From: Calcarisporiella thermophila CBS 279.70
Lineage: Eukaryota; Fungi; Calcarisporiellomycota
DNA length: 63,708 nt
Direction of reading: 5' to 3'
NCBI RefSeq assembly: GCF_041956535.1
Contig: NW_027192233.1
Span: 2,550-66,257 of the forward strand
Positions 1 through 10,783 of the stretch are shown piece by piece. Made by a program: the position numbers and the translations under genes. The notes under the pieces are model-generated. The model searched no databases. It worked only from the letters and a program-made list of their open reading frames with translations, and was not told where the DNA came from. Within the stretch, counting starts at the first letter, position 1; each line of letters opens with the position of its first letter.

Positions 1-616
1 GAGGAGGCTATCGGAGGTGAACTGATAAAGGCACGTAAAAGACGAGAGATAGAGTTATTCCGAAGAAGGTGGTGCACTCAGGGAGCGGTAATAGAAAGTT
101 CGGATAGAGCAAGACTAAAACTGGAGTGACGAAGCAACCCTTCCTCTCTCCCAATCCGCTCTTTCCCTCCTCCCCTCCTCCCCTCCTATTTACTTCATAC
201 CTTTCACCAAATACCCTATCTGTAAGAGGATACGTTCCATTATGGATATGCTCATAGCCCCACGACGATCTTTATGCAACACTATTTATGCCTTCACTGT
301 TTCTTACTCTTTTGTTTCATAGCCACCTAGCTAAGCCATTAGCCACTTAACCAAGCCATTAGCCACTGCATTATTCTTTTAACTTTTTAGCTTATAAAAA
401 TGTACTATTTTCCTTAGTTAATTTTAATAACAATAACCATAGTTTTTCCCTCCTTAATTTTCCACTGAACACTGACACATCGACTCCAGTTACACTATCA
501 CTATATACATCTAATGTACCCTTTATTCCTCCCTTTTTCTTATTTCATTGTAATCATTAAACTCTTGTAAGCTACGGAAACTAATAAAAGTCTCCGTTGA
601 TTGATCAAAAAAAAAA
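1..616 (+). mobile_element. 3' end of an L1/Tx1-like non-LTR retrotransposon (end of ORF2, 3' UTR, poly-A tail)
   Basis: Frame from base 1 reads EEAIGGELIKARKRREIELFRRRWCTQGAVIESSDRARLKLE* (stop ~129), matching the F-x-x-R-W-C-x-x-G ending typical of L1/Tx1 ORF2. Then a pyrimidine-rich UTR, AATAAA at 583-588 and A10 at 607-616. Confidence 0.55.
321..367 (+). repeat. 20-bp tandem repeat, ~2.4 copies, in the putative LINE 3' UTR
   Basis: agccacctagctaagccatt / agccacttaaccaagccatt / agccact. Confidence 0.8.
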
Positions 617-2144
617 TTCTTAAAATAAACTATCGTATTGTTACACTCAGCCTTTCTTCGCTCCCAAACATAATCATTATAATTTCTTAACACTTAAGAC
701 CTGGAAATTCATTCTAGACTAAACATTTAATTAATTTTATTAAACTAATTATCGATCTTTGTTTATCATTCCTTGTCCATTTGCCCATTTTATCCATTAT
801 TCTAATTGAATTAAGATTTTTCATTTATTCAATAAGAATCCGAATCATTAACTCTCTCAGAACCGTTACACATAAGAATTTGCCCCACGAAAAGTTGTTA
901 GATATAGAAAGCGGACCCCAAACCAAGCTATCCCAATTTAGACTTGCTGATTTCGAAATTTGGGTTAGAAATTTCTCTTTCTCATTACACCCCAAAAATG
1001 TTGTAGATTTAACTGCCTGGTGGGTATTACATGGACAGAGCCTCTTCGACGGCTGTACAATAATCGGAGGTCGATAACCACTGAAAACTGGATCAAACAA
1101 TACGCATTTTAAAGCCATGCTCGACCGAATTGTTCCATCACCCTCACCTGCTCCGGCTTTGCAGTACGCGAAATTGAACGCCGCTCGATGTAAGCCATTT
1201 AAAAATATTAGCATGGTAATTTTTTTTTCGAAGATGAGCGCTTGTTCTAGAAGAAGGAAAAAAGACTGCCAAGTCGTAGAAGGTTGATTACAAGAGAGAA
1301 ATTTAAGGGTTGTTCAGTGGAACAGTGGAACTAGCAAAATAAATACTTGATAGTATATAATTATGTTTCATGAGAATAGCCATTATTTCTGTAGTCAAGG
1401 GCAACTCTGGCGTTGCGACGGGCAATCATCAGGAAATCACTATTCTTCTTGGCCATGAGCGGATGGTAAACGGATGTAGCAGATCTCCAAAGTGTAAACC
1501 AATAGATCCATACAAGAGTAGGCAACATCTAGCTCTAGGCAGAATCTTGACTAGTGTTTTTCACATGATATCGTGGTTGACGAGTAAAATTCTTGCCTGG
1601 CATAGGTTCTAACCGAGATCCAATGTAACTATGAGGCATCGTAGGGAGCTCCGACACCATAACTTTCGGATTTTTGAAAGAAAAAGCATTTGGTCTGCCT
1701 TTTCACTGGTTTCAAATCCAAGAATAGTCTTTGGGTGAACAAAATTGGATGGGTCTGTGTACAAGAGTATAAGACCACCGAAATCTCATGACATCATCTA
1801 CCAATTCCATCGAAACTTCTCGATTCCATGGAGAATTCCCGGGCTTGCTTTCATCAGCATGGAGACACCAGTCAGATGTAGATTCAATTTTCGTGGCATA
1901 CTAAGAATCTATCAGGCGGATTCCACCCTCGTGGAGATTAGTTATCCTATATGGCAACTGACATACTTTTTAAAGCCATCTCATTCTACCTTCAAGATAT
2001 AAATTCGCGTATATTTCAAAGAACAGGGACACTACACTTGCAGGAAGTAACAACCTTGCTCATCTTCTTACATATCCTCTTCCAATCTCTTGATATATCC
2101 CCACGTTGGCAAGAGTAAATAACAATAACTTCACTTCGAACACT

Positions 2145-3065
2145 ATGATTCAAATACGTTTACTGCTATTGTGCATTATCGTGAGCTTGCTTCCAAATCT
2201 CACTTATGGGAGGATCAATTCCCAGTTTTTAGGTAGTTTTAGCAATCCAGCAGCCAATCTCATCAGAGTTGTGAAACGAGGACAGCATCCTGAATGTTGG
2301 GAGGTAAAGTGGCCTCGGCGCTCCATGGATTTCAACATAAAGAAGGGGGTTATTGTTGGCCTTATTGCACCTGCGTTAGATGCGGCATTTAGTGGTATTG
2401 ACTTTGCCATGGATTGTATCATACTCACTAAGGAAGAGATGGGATGCACTAGAAAGATACCAACAGCTTGGGAGGGCGATCGATGCACAGCTGGGGTAAC
2501 GCCTCTTGCGAGTATCAATGTTACCGACAGTGATATCGAAACCAAGATGGGAAACAAATTAAAGGTCGAAGGTTCTAAAAAGACGCTTGAGTTAAGTGAA
2601 GACGATATAAAGAACGGGCTCAATACAACTGGAGAAGCAACCTATGATTTTGATGCAGATATGAACAATTCATCCAAATATTCCTTAACTGCAACTTGGT
2701 CTCAACAACTTAATAACACCGTATCGGAGTTCAGAAACTTCATAGAGGATTGTCGAAAAGGCCCTATCTCCCTGCAAACTTGTACAATCGGATTCTACTT
2801 TGCCATGAAACAGAGAAATAGGCCCGTGAGAACCTGCGAGCTATTACAATATACAAACGAAACTAATGTAAACAAGGAGAGGGCAGCATGTGGAGACAAT
2901 GTAACCGTACAACGATATTTCGATAGATGCATTAATGGAAGATGTGTGTCAAGCGATATTAACGTGATGAATGGTCGATATGATTGTAAGAATGGTCAGG
3001 GCAGCGAATGTTGGCGGGTGCTCAATGAGAGGGGGCTTATAAGTGGACTTTCTGGGCTTGAATGA
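2145..3065 (+). CDS. Secreted cysteine-rich protein (306 aa) with a Kex2 site; killer-toxin/effector candidate
   Basis: Intronless ORF, first ATG at 2145, TATAAA at 1998-2003. Signal peptide MIQIRLLLLCIIVSLLPNLTYG; VVKR ending at residue 45; hydrophobic segment at ~68-94; 12 Cys in the mature part; several N-x-S/T sequons in the middle and C-terminal region. Confidence 0.8.
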   Translation: MIQIRLLLLCIIVSLLPNLTYGRINSQFLGSFSNPAANLIRVVKRGQHPECWEVKWPRRSMDFNIKKGVIVGLIAPALDAAFSGIDFAMDCIILTKEEMGCTRKIPTAWEGDRCTAGVTPLASINVTDSDIETKMGNKLKVEGSKKTLELSEDDIKNGLNTTGEATYDFDADMNNSSKYSLTATWSQQLNNTVSEFRNFIEDCRKGPISLQTCTIGFYFAMKQRNRPVRTCELLQYTNETNVNKERAACGDNVTVQRYFDRCINGRCVSSDINVMNGRYDCKNGQGSECWRVLNERGLISGLSGLE

Positions 3066-3278
3066 TATAGACATAACCTTTATTATTCATGATAAACTTG
3101 AACATAAACCTATCAATTAGCAAATAACATATAGGCATCATAGGTTAAATACTATACATTGTTTAGAAGAGAGAGTATTTATAATATAGAGTATTTATAT
3201 AATAGCAATTTAAAACACATTTTTAAATCTGTTCATAAGTGACTTATGTAGTAATAATACGAATAAAATGCGGCCTAC

Positions 3279-4380
3279 GTCAGTAGCCCATGCTTCACGA
3301 TAACGAGGTCGTTTTATTGATCAAAATGAACTACCTCCAGAGAACATTGCATAGAAATTCAAATATATTTAAAGAAATTTAAAGAAATCTGAGGATAAGG
3401 ACAAGTCTATATATGCTGTCGTTTTTCAAGTGCAACTCCTTAGCCGTTATTGAGATGGCTTAATTCTGTTCAAGAAAAACTGCCCTAGCCCACACAAGCA
3501 ATTGAGCTGCGCACGGGTACAGAAAGATCGCTCATGGCACTACCCTCTCCAGTGCTTTTCCGCAAGAGTCGTCGATGGACACCAGCAGACGATATAACAG
3601 ACACGATTGGGCACAAAATACCTAATACCTCACGCCAAGAGAAACCACAACAAACCATGGCAACTGACCAAGCCAGATCACAGTAATCTCAAATCACATC
3701 GTCGAACAGAGCAAAAAATGGAAAAAGGCGAGCGGAGCAAAACAGCCATCCCTGTCCAATGTTTGGCTCACAATACAAGCCCGCGACAAGTAGCGCCATG
3801 CGTAACAGCCAGGGGGATTGTTGAGAAAATTTAGAAGCACGCGTTGAGGAATTCCTGCCCCTTTATGGATACCCAAAAATCATAAGAATAGGCTACAAGA
3901 TACAATTCTGGAAACAACCGCAGTTCAATCACTTCTCTCCGCATAAGAGACTCCCAGTCGACCACCAGAGCGTGAAGGCCATTTCTGAAATTAGGCTCTT
4001 CAAGCTCGGAGTAATTAACCCTCGGCAACTTGCTGCATTCCTGGGAGCTATGAATGCAGCCTGCCTGCGGTCGTGCCGGGAAGGTTATTCGCTCACTCAC
4101 TAATGATAGTAATATCCTCACCCTCCCCTCTAACTCCAACTGGGATACCCCGTTCTCGATACCGGGGTAAGCGTTGCAAAAGAGTTTAGAGTTAACCCTT
4201 CTTCTTGAGAGGGCCAAGTAGTTACACCTAGGAAACGACAATTTTGTATAGTCTTAATTTTATCTTCGGATTTTTTTAAATTTCTTAAAATTATTTGATT
4301 TTCTATGTAATATTCTCTGGAAATAGCTCATTTTGACCCAATAAAACGGCCGTATCATCGTGAAGCATGGACTGTTGGTC
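3279..4380. mobile_element. Non-autonomous element with ~130-bp imperfect terminal inverted repeats and internal DIRS-type RT fragments
   Basis: 3279-3412 is the reverse complement of ~4246-4380 (e.g. ccatgcttcacgat...gttttattg...tcaaaatga...ccagagaa). Direct repeat gcctac at 3273-3278 and 4381-4386. Internal broken + frames: GGLLRKF..WIPKIIRIGYKIQFWKQP (3810-3920) and NPRQLAAFLGAMNAA/AVVPGRL/NWDTPF (4015-4160). Confidence 0.75.
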
Positions 4381-5607
4381 GCCTACTCTATTTATACTAA
4401 GCCGTCACATACACTAGGCTTAGTGTTAAAGAAAAGGCCAATAATAGTCGAAGTTGAAGAAAATAATATCCATTAGTTTATAATGCCCTACCAGCATTAA
4501 TAAGTAAGATAGTCACAATAATAATTTAATAAATAGTTAAATATTAAAAATTCACACGACATAAATAAATTTAGTGTGTTCTGAGCCACAAATGTCTCCA
4601 TATCAATTGATTACGACATTGAGAAATATAGCGTAATCTGTGTCAAATATAAGCAACTCTCAATATATCGTACCAAGAAATTTCTCAACCCCGTTATTCA
4701 AGGTAACTTCTTTTTGGACTCAGTCCCGTTTTGTCCAATTAATGGCCTTTTTATCTCAACCCACTTTCTTTGCATATTCTAGACTTTATTCTGAATGAAA
4801 CCGTACCAATAAGGGCCTTTTCTCAATTTAAATGATTTCAAAGGGTAAGCATATTAATATAATATCAATCTAGACGCTCAAAATTTTGTGGAATGGTACC
4901 ATTTCCTCAGTAACCATTCATATTAAAATTTATTATCAGTTAACATAGTATTCAATTAATATGGGTTAATAACCTGATATATCCAAATTGAAGACCAGTT
5001 TCTTAAAAAATAAAATTCAAAAAGGGCATGTTTTTATCAGATGCACAAAATACTTCAACTTTTTAACCTGATGGATAGTAGAAAAAGTTGTTAATAAAAT
5101 TAGTTTTTGGATTTATGAAAGACATTGATCACAGGTGATGATTGGTTTACAAGAATGATTATATAATGAATAGACACCACTAAAGGTAGCGGATATGGGT
5201 CACAAAATAGAAATCCCTTAGAGAAAATCCGAGAGGTAAAAAGTAGGGTCTTTGGCGGGTATCCCAACTTGCCCAAGTGGTATCAAAATTTTATGGCAGG
5301 AGCCATAGCTGGGTGGCCATTAAGAAATTTCCATGTGATGGAAAAGTGGTGATAATTGGATAGGTTTTTGAATAACCTATCACATAAGATGGGCCAAATT
5401 TTGTGTGGCGCGTTAGGTTACTCTATGGTGGTTACAATGGAAAATTGTAGGGAAATCTGTTCAAGGACAAAACAAGTTATACTTATTGCAAATAAACCAA
5501 TCAATAACACAGAATTTCAACAATGTTTTGTATATATAGGGGCAATGAATCAAAAATTATACTGCACACTTTCCTTTAATTTCAAAAACTTAGATATTGT
5601 GTTGAGA

Positions 5608-6821
5608 ATGCGTTTGATCATCGCTTTCCTTTTGACTCTTCCCTTTGCACTCGCACAACCACCACCTCTCAATCCGCCCAGGAACATTTCGAATGGGAAA
5701 TTTTCCAAATTAAACCAACAGCAGCCCAACACTACCAAGCCAAGCATATCTAGAACTGCCTTTGAAGAGGTCGATGTAAAAAGGTAAAGTCCTATTTTAC
5801 CTCAGTTGACAAACTTAGTATGGAAAATACTTAAGTAATTTATAAAATTGTTTAAAATAGTGGGAACGCGACACAAACAACTGGGCAGGAGCCCGCTATG
5901 GTAACAAAGATTGATGGCCCGATAATCGCTCAGGAAAAAGTTTCAGAAATGGAAACAAAAATACGCTCAAGTGGCTCGAGAAGTGGGCGAGGCATATCTT
6001 TTGGCGATAAATCGTTCCCCGAACCGAATTGTAAAAATTTATTGAACTCTGACGGCAGCTTCAACATCCCGAAATTTAATATCAACCAAGATTACGGAGA
6101 AAAATTGAGATGCTATGCGATTTTATCATACTGTGCGAACTCACCAAATCCTAAGATTGCTGAGCAGTTAAACAATGCAGGGGGATTCTTTCAATCGTAT
6201 ATATCAGCCAATACAAAAGCATTTATGGCCAAAGCTAAAGACAGTATAATAATCTCGTTTGCGGGTACAGATGATTTGAAAGATATCATGGACGACGTGC
6301 GCGCAGGACATTATGTATTTGCGGACGGTGTTCGAATTTCGCAAGGATTCTACGACTATGTGAACAGAGTATATGGGAAAATGATCCAGGATTTATCAAA
6401 TTTGGTTCAACGTGATAAGCCAAGTAGAGTTATACTTACTGGACACAGTTTAGGTGGGGCCGCCGCACAGATAGCAGCTCGCAGAATAAGCTTCGAACCA
6501 CGAATTAATGGTGTATCGCTAGAAGTAGCAACGTTTGGCCAACCTGCCGCAGGGAACTTACAATTTGCACAAAATATCGAGAAAATAACCAATGGAAAAA
6601 ACGTACGATATATAAATAGCAGGGATCCCATTTCATCAGGTTTTCTAAACTATGCAGATATACGGATTTTTGGTTGCCTAGAATCTTCCGAAAAATGCAC
6701 CTGGAAACACACCAGCAAATCATTTCGAGCAGATGATGGCACTGAGTCTTATGGTGTTAATATTTTCAAACCTCATAGTGTATTTTTTAAAACTAGAAAC
6801 CCAGAATGCAGCTCATTCTAA
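5608..6821 (+). CDS. Secreted class-3 lipase (alpha/beta hydrolase); exons 5608-5783 and 5861-6821
   Basis: Signal peptide MRLIIAFLLTLPFALA; the GT-AG intron 5784-5860 keeps frame; motifs IIISFAGT, GFY, VILTGHSLGGAAA, TFGQPAAGN, RDPI (Asp) and a C-terminal His (KPHS). Confidence 0.9.
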
Positions 6822-6959
6822 TTTGATAGACATATTAACTTATACTGCTTATATCATTATTTACTTTCCATATCAAATAAATTTGAAATTTAAAATATTG
6901 CTGTGAATTTGAAGATTATCTTTTGAGCTGCTATTGGTCACATTTAGTTCATCGGTTAT

Positions 6960-7110
6960 TACACACAACAATGCTTTTTGTTTTGCTTTATCACACGAAA
7001 CAATTCACGATATTGCTGATCTATCATAATCCGAGGTCTCCCTAAGGATTTCACTGGATCTACGGATCCAGTATTCTTCCATCGATTGATTATTCTATGT
7101 TGGAGAACGA
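6960..7110 (-). mobile_element. Tc1-family transposase fragment (HTH/GRPR region)
   Basis: IINRWKNTGSVDPVKSLGRPRIMIDQQYRELFRVIKQNK is typical of the Tc1 N-terminus. Confidence 0.65.
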
Positions 7111-7699
7111 CCAGGCATGATCTAAGTCTGAATAGTCGTTGTGTTACGACGATTATTTCATACTTATACAAATATGTATAAGCATGTATCTTATCATCAT
7201 TATTAGTCATCATCACCTATTCTATCATATATATAGGATGTGCTTTCTCTCTTTTGAATTCCCTTTTGGTGTGTGTTATTTGTGTTATCCCTTCTATCTG
7301 TCTTCTTTCCTTTTATTAATATACTCTTAATAAGATCCAACATTCTACCCTCTGTTCATGCCAGAACACCAGACAATTCGTTGGTGCTTTTATTGTACTT
7401 GCTGTATATACTCCGATTTTTTCAGAACGAAGAGTATCTGAAATTTTGTACTGTTTTTTTCAGACACATACAGGAAATTAGAGTATGATTTTTCGATTTT
7501 CTTGTGATCGCTGATGGAAAAAATGAATTGTAGCACTGAATAGTAATTTCGAGATTGGTCAAATTAATAATTATATCATTCATTTTGTCAGTATATTGCA
7601 AATCTTTACTCTAAACCCCAATTCTAAGCCCAAATTGAAGCCCCAAATTAATGCCTCATCTACAACAGTTATATTTGTTATATGTGGCATTATGAATTA

Positions 7700-9302
7700 T
7701 AATAAAATTAGCCTTAACTTTCGCCTCGTAGGTAATAACAAGATTGCAATCAGACGTCGAGAGACCAGCTTGGCCAGAGTCACAACCTCCGCAGCTAATC
7801 CAGATCCTCCATGCTTTGAGACAATGCCAGCTGAGATCCTGCTTTTGTGCCGACAAATATGCGTGCCATCTCCTCAGGGATCCAGCGCTCCCATAGGTTG
7901 CCAATGATTGCGGGATCGGACTTTAAATAGGTCGTTGTCGAGTATATCGCGCCAATCATCTTGTGTTGATCGTGAAAAAAACTTATTGCTGCCCGGATAA
8001 CCAAGGGTTCATCAATGAAGGCCGCTAAACCAGAATACGGGCTCGAAGTCATGAAGGCTTCGGCTCTACCTGGAACTCCTTGCTGCTCTTGTCGAAGAAA
8101 ACTATCACTCGAAATTTCGCCTGACATTGCACTCTCTAGCCGCGGGCGCTCGCATGAGTCAATAGTAGACAGAAGTTCATAACAGGTACGCATTTTCCTG
8201 CAACCAGAAGGGCCAAGTGAAACCTTAATATTCGACGATTGACTTGCCCCATTCCTTGAAAAATTTCGCCAAGGTGCGTCAAAGCGTCAAGGCTATCTCT
8301 GAATTCAGGTAGCGAGTGCAAAAGCAGAGATGGACACTGAGACCACATCATAGGAATGTGGACATCAGGTTTAATGAGCGAAGCATTTCCGCCTGAAGAT
8401 CGATGGTAATATAGTAAATCCAGATTTGCTGCAAGGTAGCTATCGAGGAATTCTCCATAAAACCCAGCAAAAAATTTATCAGTAAAAAGCTTTAGGGAAT
8501 CTGATATTATAGAAATAATCTAGAATAATTAGACTTTAGATTTATAGAGCAATTTAATTGCAATTTTCCACCTGGTTCGAATGTACAAGATAATCTCCTT
8601 GGAGTGAGGGGAGCTAGAATAGACTGCGTAATTGTAAAAGGAATTAACAGGGTAGGTTGGACTGCTCTAGGCCCTTTAGAGCGGATGAATGATCTATGGT
8701 GTACATCAGCAGTGTTCGCAAAGATTTTTTACTGAAACTCAATGTGTAGCCGGGGAAATAATTATTCATAAACAATTAATACTGACATAAATAACAAAAA
8801 CACATTTCACCACCACTAACATACTTTTACCCTGTCCATTAATGTGGGCTTTCTTTTGAGTATTTGATGCAGAAATCGAGGATTCCATTCCTCAAGTATT
8901 TCGCACATCAGTCCCTGATGCAAGAGTCATTGAATAGAAATTTATTGATTAATTTGCAAAGTTAATAAACTATAAAGAAAAATTGTATACCTTCGGGAAT
9001 GTCAATCAACACACGTATAACCTTCTTTCAAGACTCTTCTGGAAAATATTCACAGCTTTTGTCTAGTAGCTGGAGTCTTTGTTTGCATATATTTTCCATG
9101 TCGTCAGGAAATCTCTAGAGATCTTTGAAGGATACATCGAACTTTCAGAGAATTATATTAGAAGGATCATTGCAACCTTATTGGCAGACATTCTTCTCTA
9201 TAATTTTCCTCTCGAGGACTTCAACATTATCCGAACATCAATCTCGACCGAAAAAGCGTCAGGAAATTTACTCGCATTATTGATCAAGCAATTAAGCCGC
9301 AT
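7700..9302 (-). pseudogene. Crinkler (CRN)-type effector pseudogene
   Basis: Exon 9302-8991 reads, with frameshifts and stops, MRLNCLINNASKFPDAFSVEI..DNVEVLERKIIEK..NIIL*KFDV..YFPEES*KKVIRVLIDIPE, a CRN N-terminal ubiquitin-like domain with decayed LWK and HVLVxxP motifs. Downstream AFIDEPLVIRAA..GNLWERWIP resembles CRN NTPase/REase-type C-termini. Confidence 0.7.
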
Positions 9303-9859
9303 GATAGATTAATAACCAAAAGCAGGGATATGAATATAGTTGAAATATTGAAATTAATGACGTATTCATATTTCAGTAAATACAAAGGCGCAATTGAAAT
9401 TGAGGTGACGTGTTCAAGTACTTTCTTAATGATTTCATCAGCTCCCATTAAAGAAGGTTGGAAATGCTATTGTAAAGAAATAATAAACTTTAGCGTCTAC
9501 ATTCTTTTTATAGATAAATATAACTTGCAGTTAACTTATTTTACCCCTTGGAAATTGGCTTACTTTTGACATGAATATTACTAGCAAACTTACATTGTTA
9601 AAATTCCCATGCTGTCCGTTAGGGTCATCGAAATTTGGTTGTTCAGTTTTGTAAACAAAAACGAGGGTTCCAGGGTGTTGTTGCAAAAGTGGACATCTTC
9701 ATTCTATCATTTCTCCATTCTGTGACTAAAATTTCTTTCAAATTGAATTCTCTTTATTCTTCTTCATTATGTTCCATTCTATCCTGATTTAGAATGATAG
9801 TTTAATCTCTGCTAGTGTTAAAAATATGAATGGCAGAACAAAACTTCACTCTAATAAGT

Positions 9860-10140
9860 TGCTTGTTAGTATTATCCAACCCGCAAAAGAAGTAGCATTT
9901 TCAAGAAAGATCATAGCTGTACTGAATTTATATCATTCTACTAAGTTTGTCAGAAAATAGAAGATGGCGTCTAAAAAAGGATGTCTGCGGGTCGTCGTCA
10001 GATTCTGAGTGAAAAAGATGAGAGGAAGTTTGTCAATATTAATATCTGGGCAGTAATAATGCTTATGACATGGCTAAATATTAAAGATGAATATAATATG
10101 AATGTGTCGGCCTGCAACGTGAAAAAATGAACAATGAGAG
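9860..10140 (+). mobile_element. Degenerate Tc1 transposase 5' fragment
   Basis: MSAGRRQILSEKDERKFVNI at ~9981-10040 resembles MRPGRPTILTEGNECKIDSL of the Tc1 relic at 30.3-30.6 kb. Confidence 0.5.
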
Positions 10141-10189
10141 GTACTTGCACGAGTGCGGCCTAAGCTTTAAAATGAATATCTGGTCATTC

Positions 10190-10783
10190 TGGTCATTGTT
10201 ATGATTCTATTCCTCTCGCAAAGTTTGCAGGAGCATATCCAATTCGGGTAACAGCTTACTACCCTGAACCAACCTAAAGCCATGATTTCAAGAGTCGGGA
10301 TATTGTCGCTACCAATGTTTTATAATTCTTGTTCGGACTTCTGGATTTAAGATAAAGGTCGAAGGTTCTGATTCAGAATCAAAATTCGTGATTCTAGAGC
10401 TCAAGAAAATATAAAGAGTAAGTTAATATTGCTCTTTTGAATAATACATATTTATATTGGTTATGCTTTAATAGAAAAGGTGGAAAATTGTAAAGGATCA
10501 AATTTTCCAGAAACCTCTTGATCAACTTACGTTATGTTACATGGAATTTGACTACCATACACATCGGACATTGCCTATATGTAAATATCTGGTTAACCAA
10601 GAATATCCTTTTCAGTTATTAGAAAATAAAAATAGAAATTAAATGATCTAGCTCAGACGATGTCAGGCAATTATAATTCATCATAATAAGGGATGAAAAT
10701 AGGTTCCCTTATTGATAGCAACATTCTTTCTTCATAGCTGGACAGCTTCAATTATTAAAGATTGATTACCTGGACTTGTATAA
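10190..10783 (+). pseudogene. Decayed paralog of the 2145-3065 secreted Cys-rich gene
   Basis: 17-bp exact match taaaggtcgaaggttct (10353-10369 vs 2560-2576) plus colinear broken-frame peptides: GHCYDSIPLA, GFKIKVEGS, ENCKG, LTLCYMEF, RTLPICKYL and W-x10-GL*. Confidence 0.65.
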
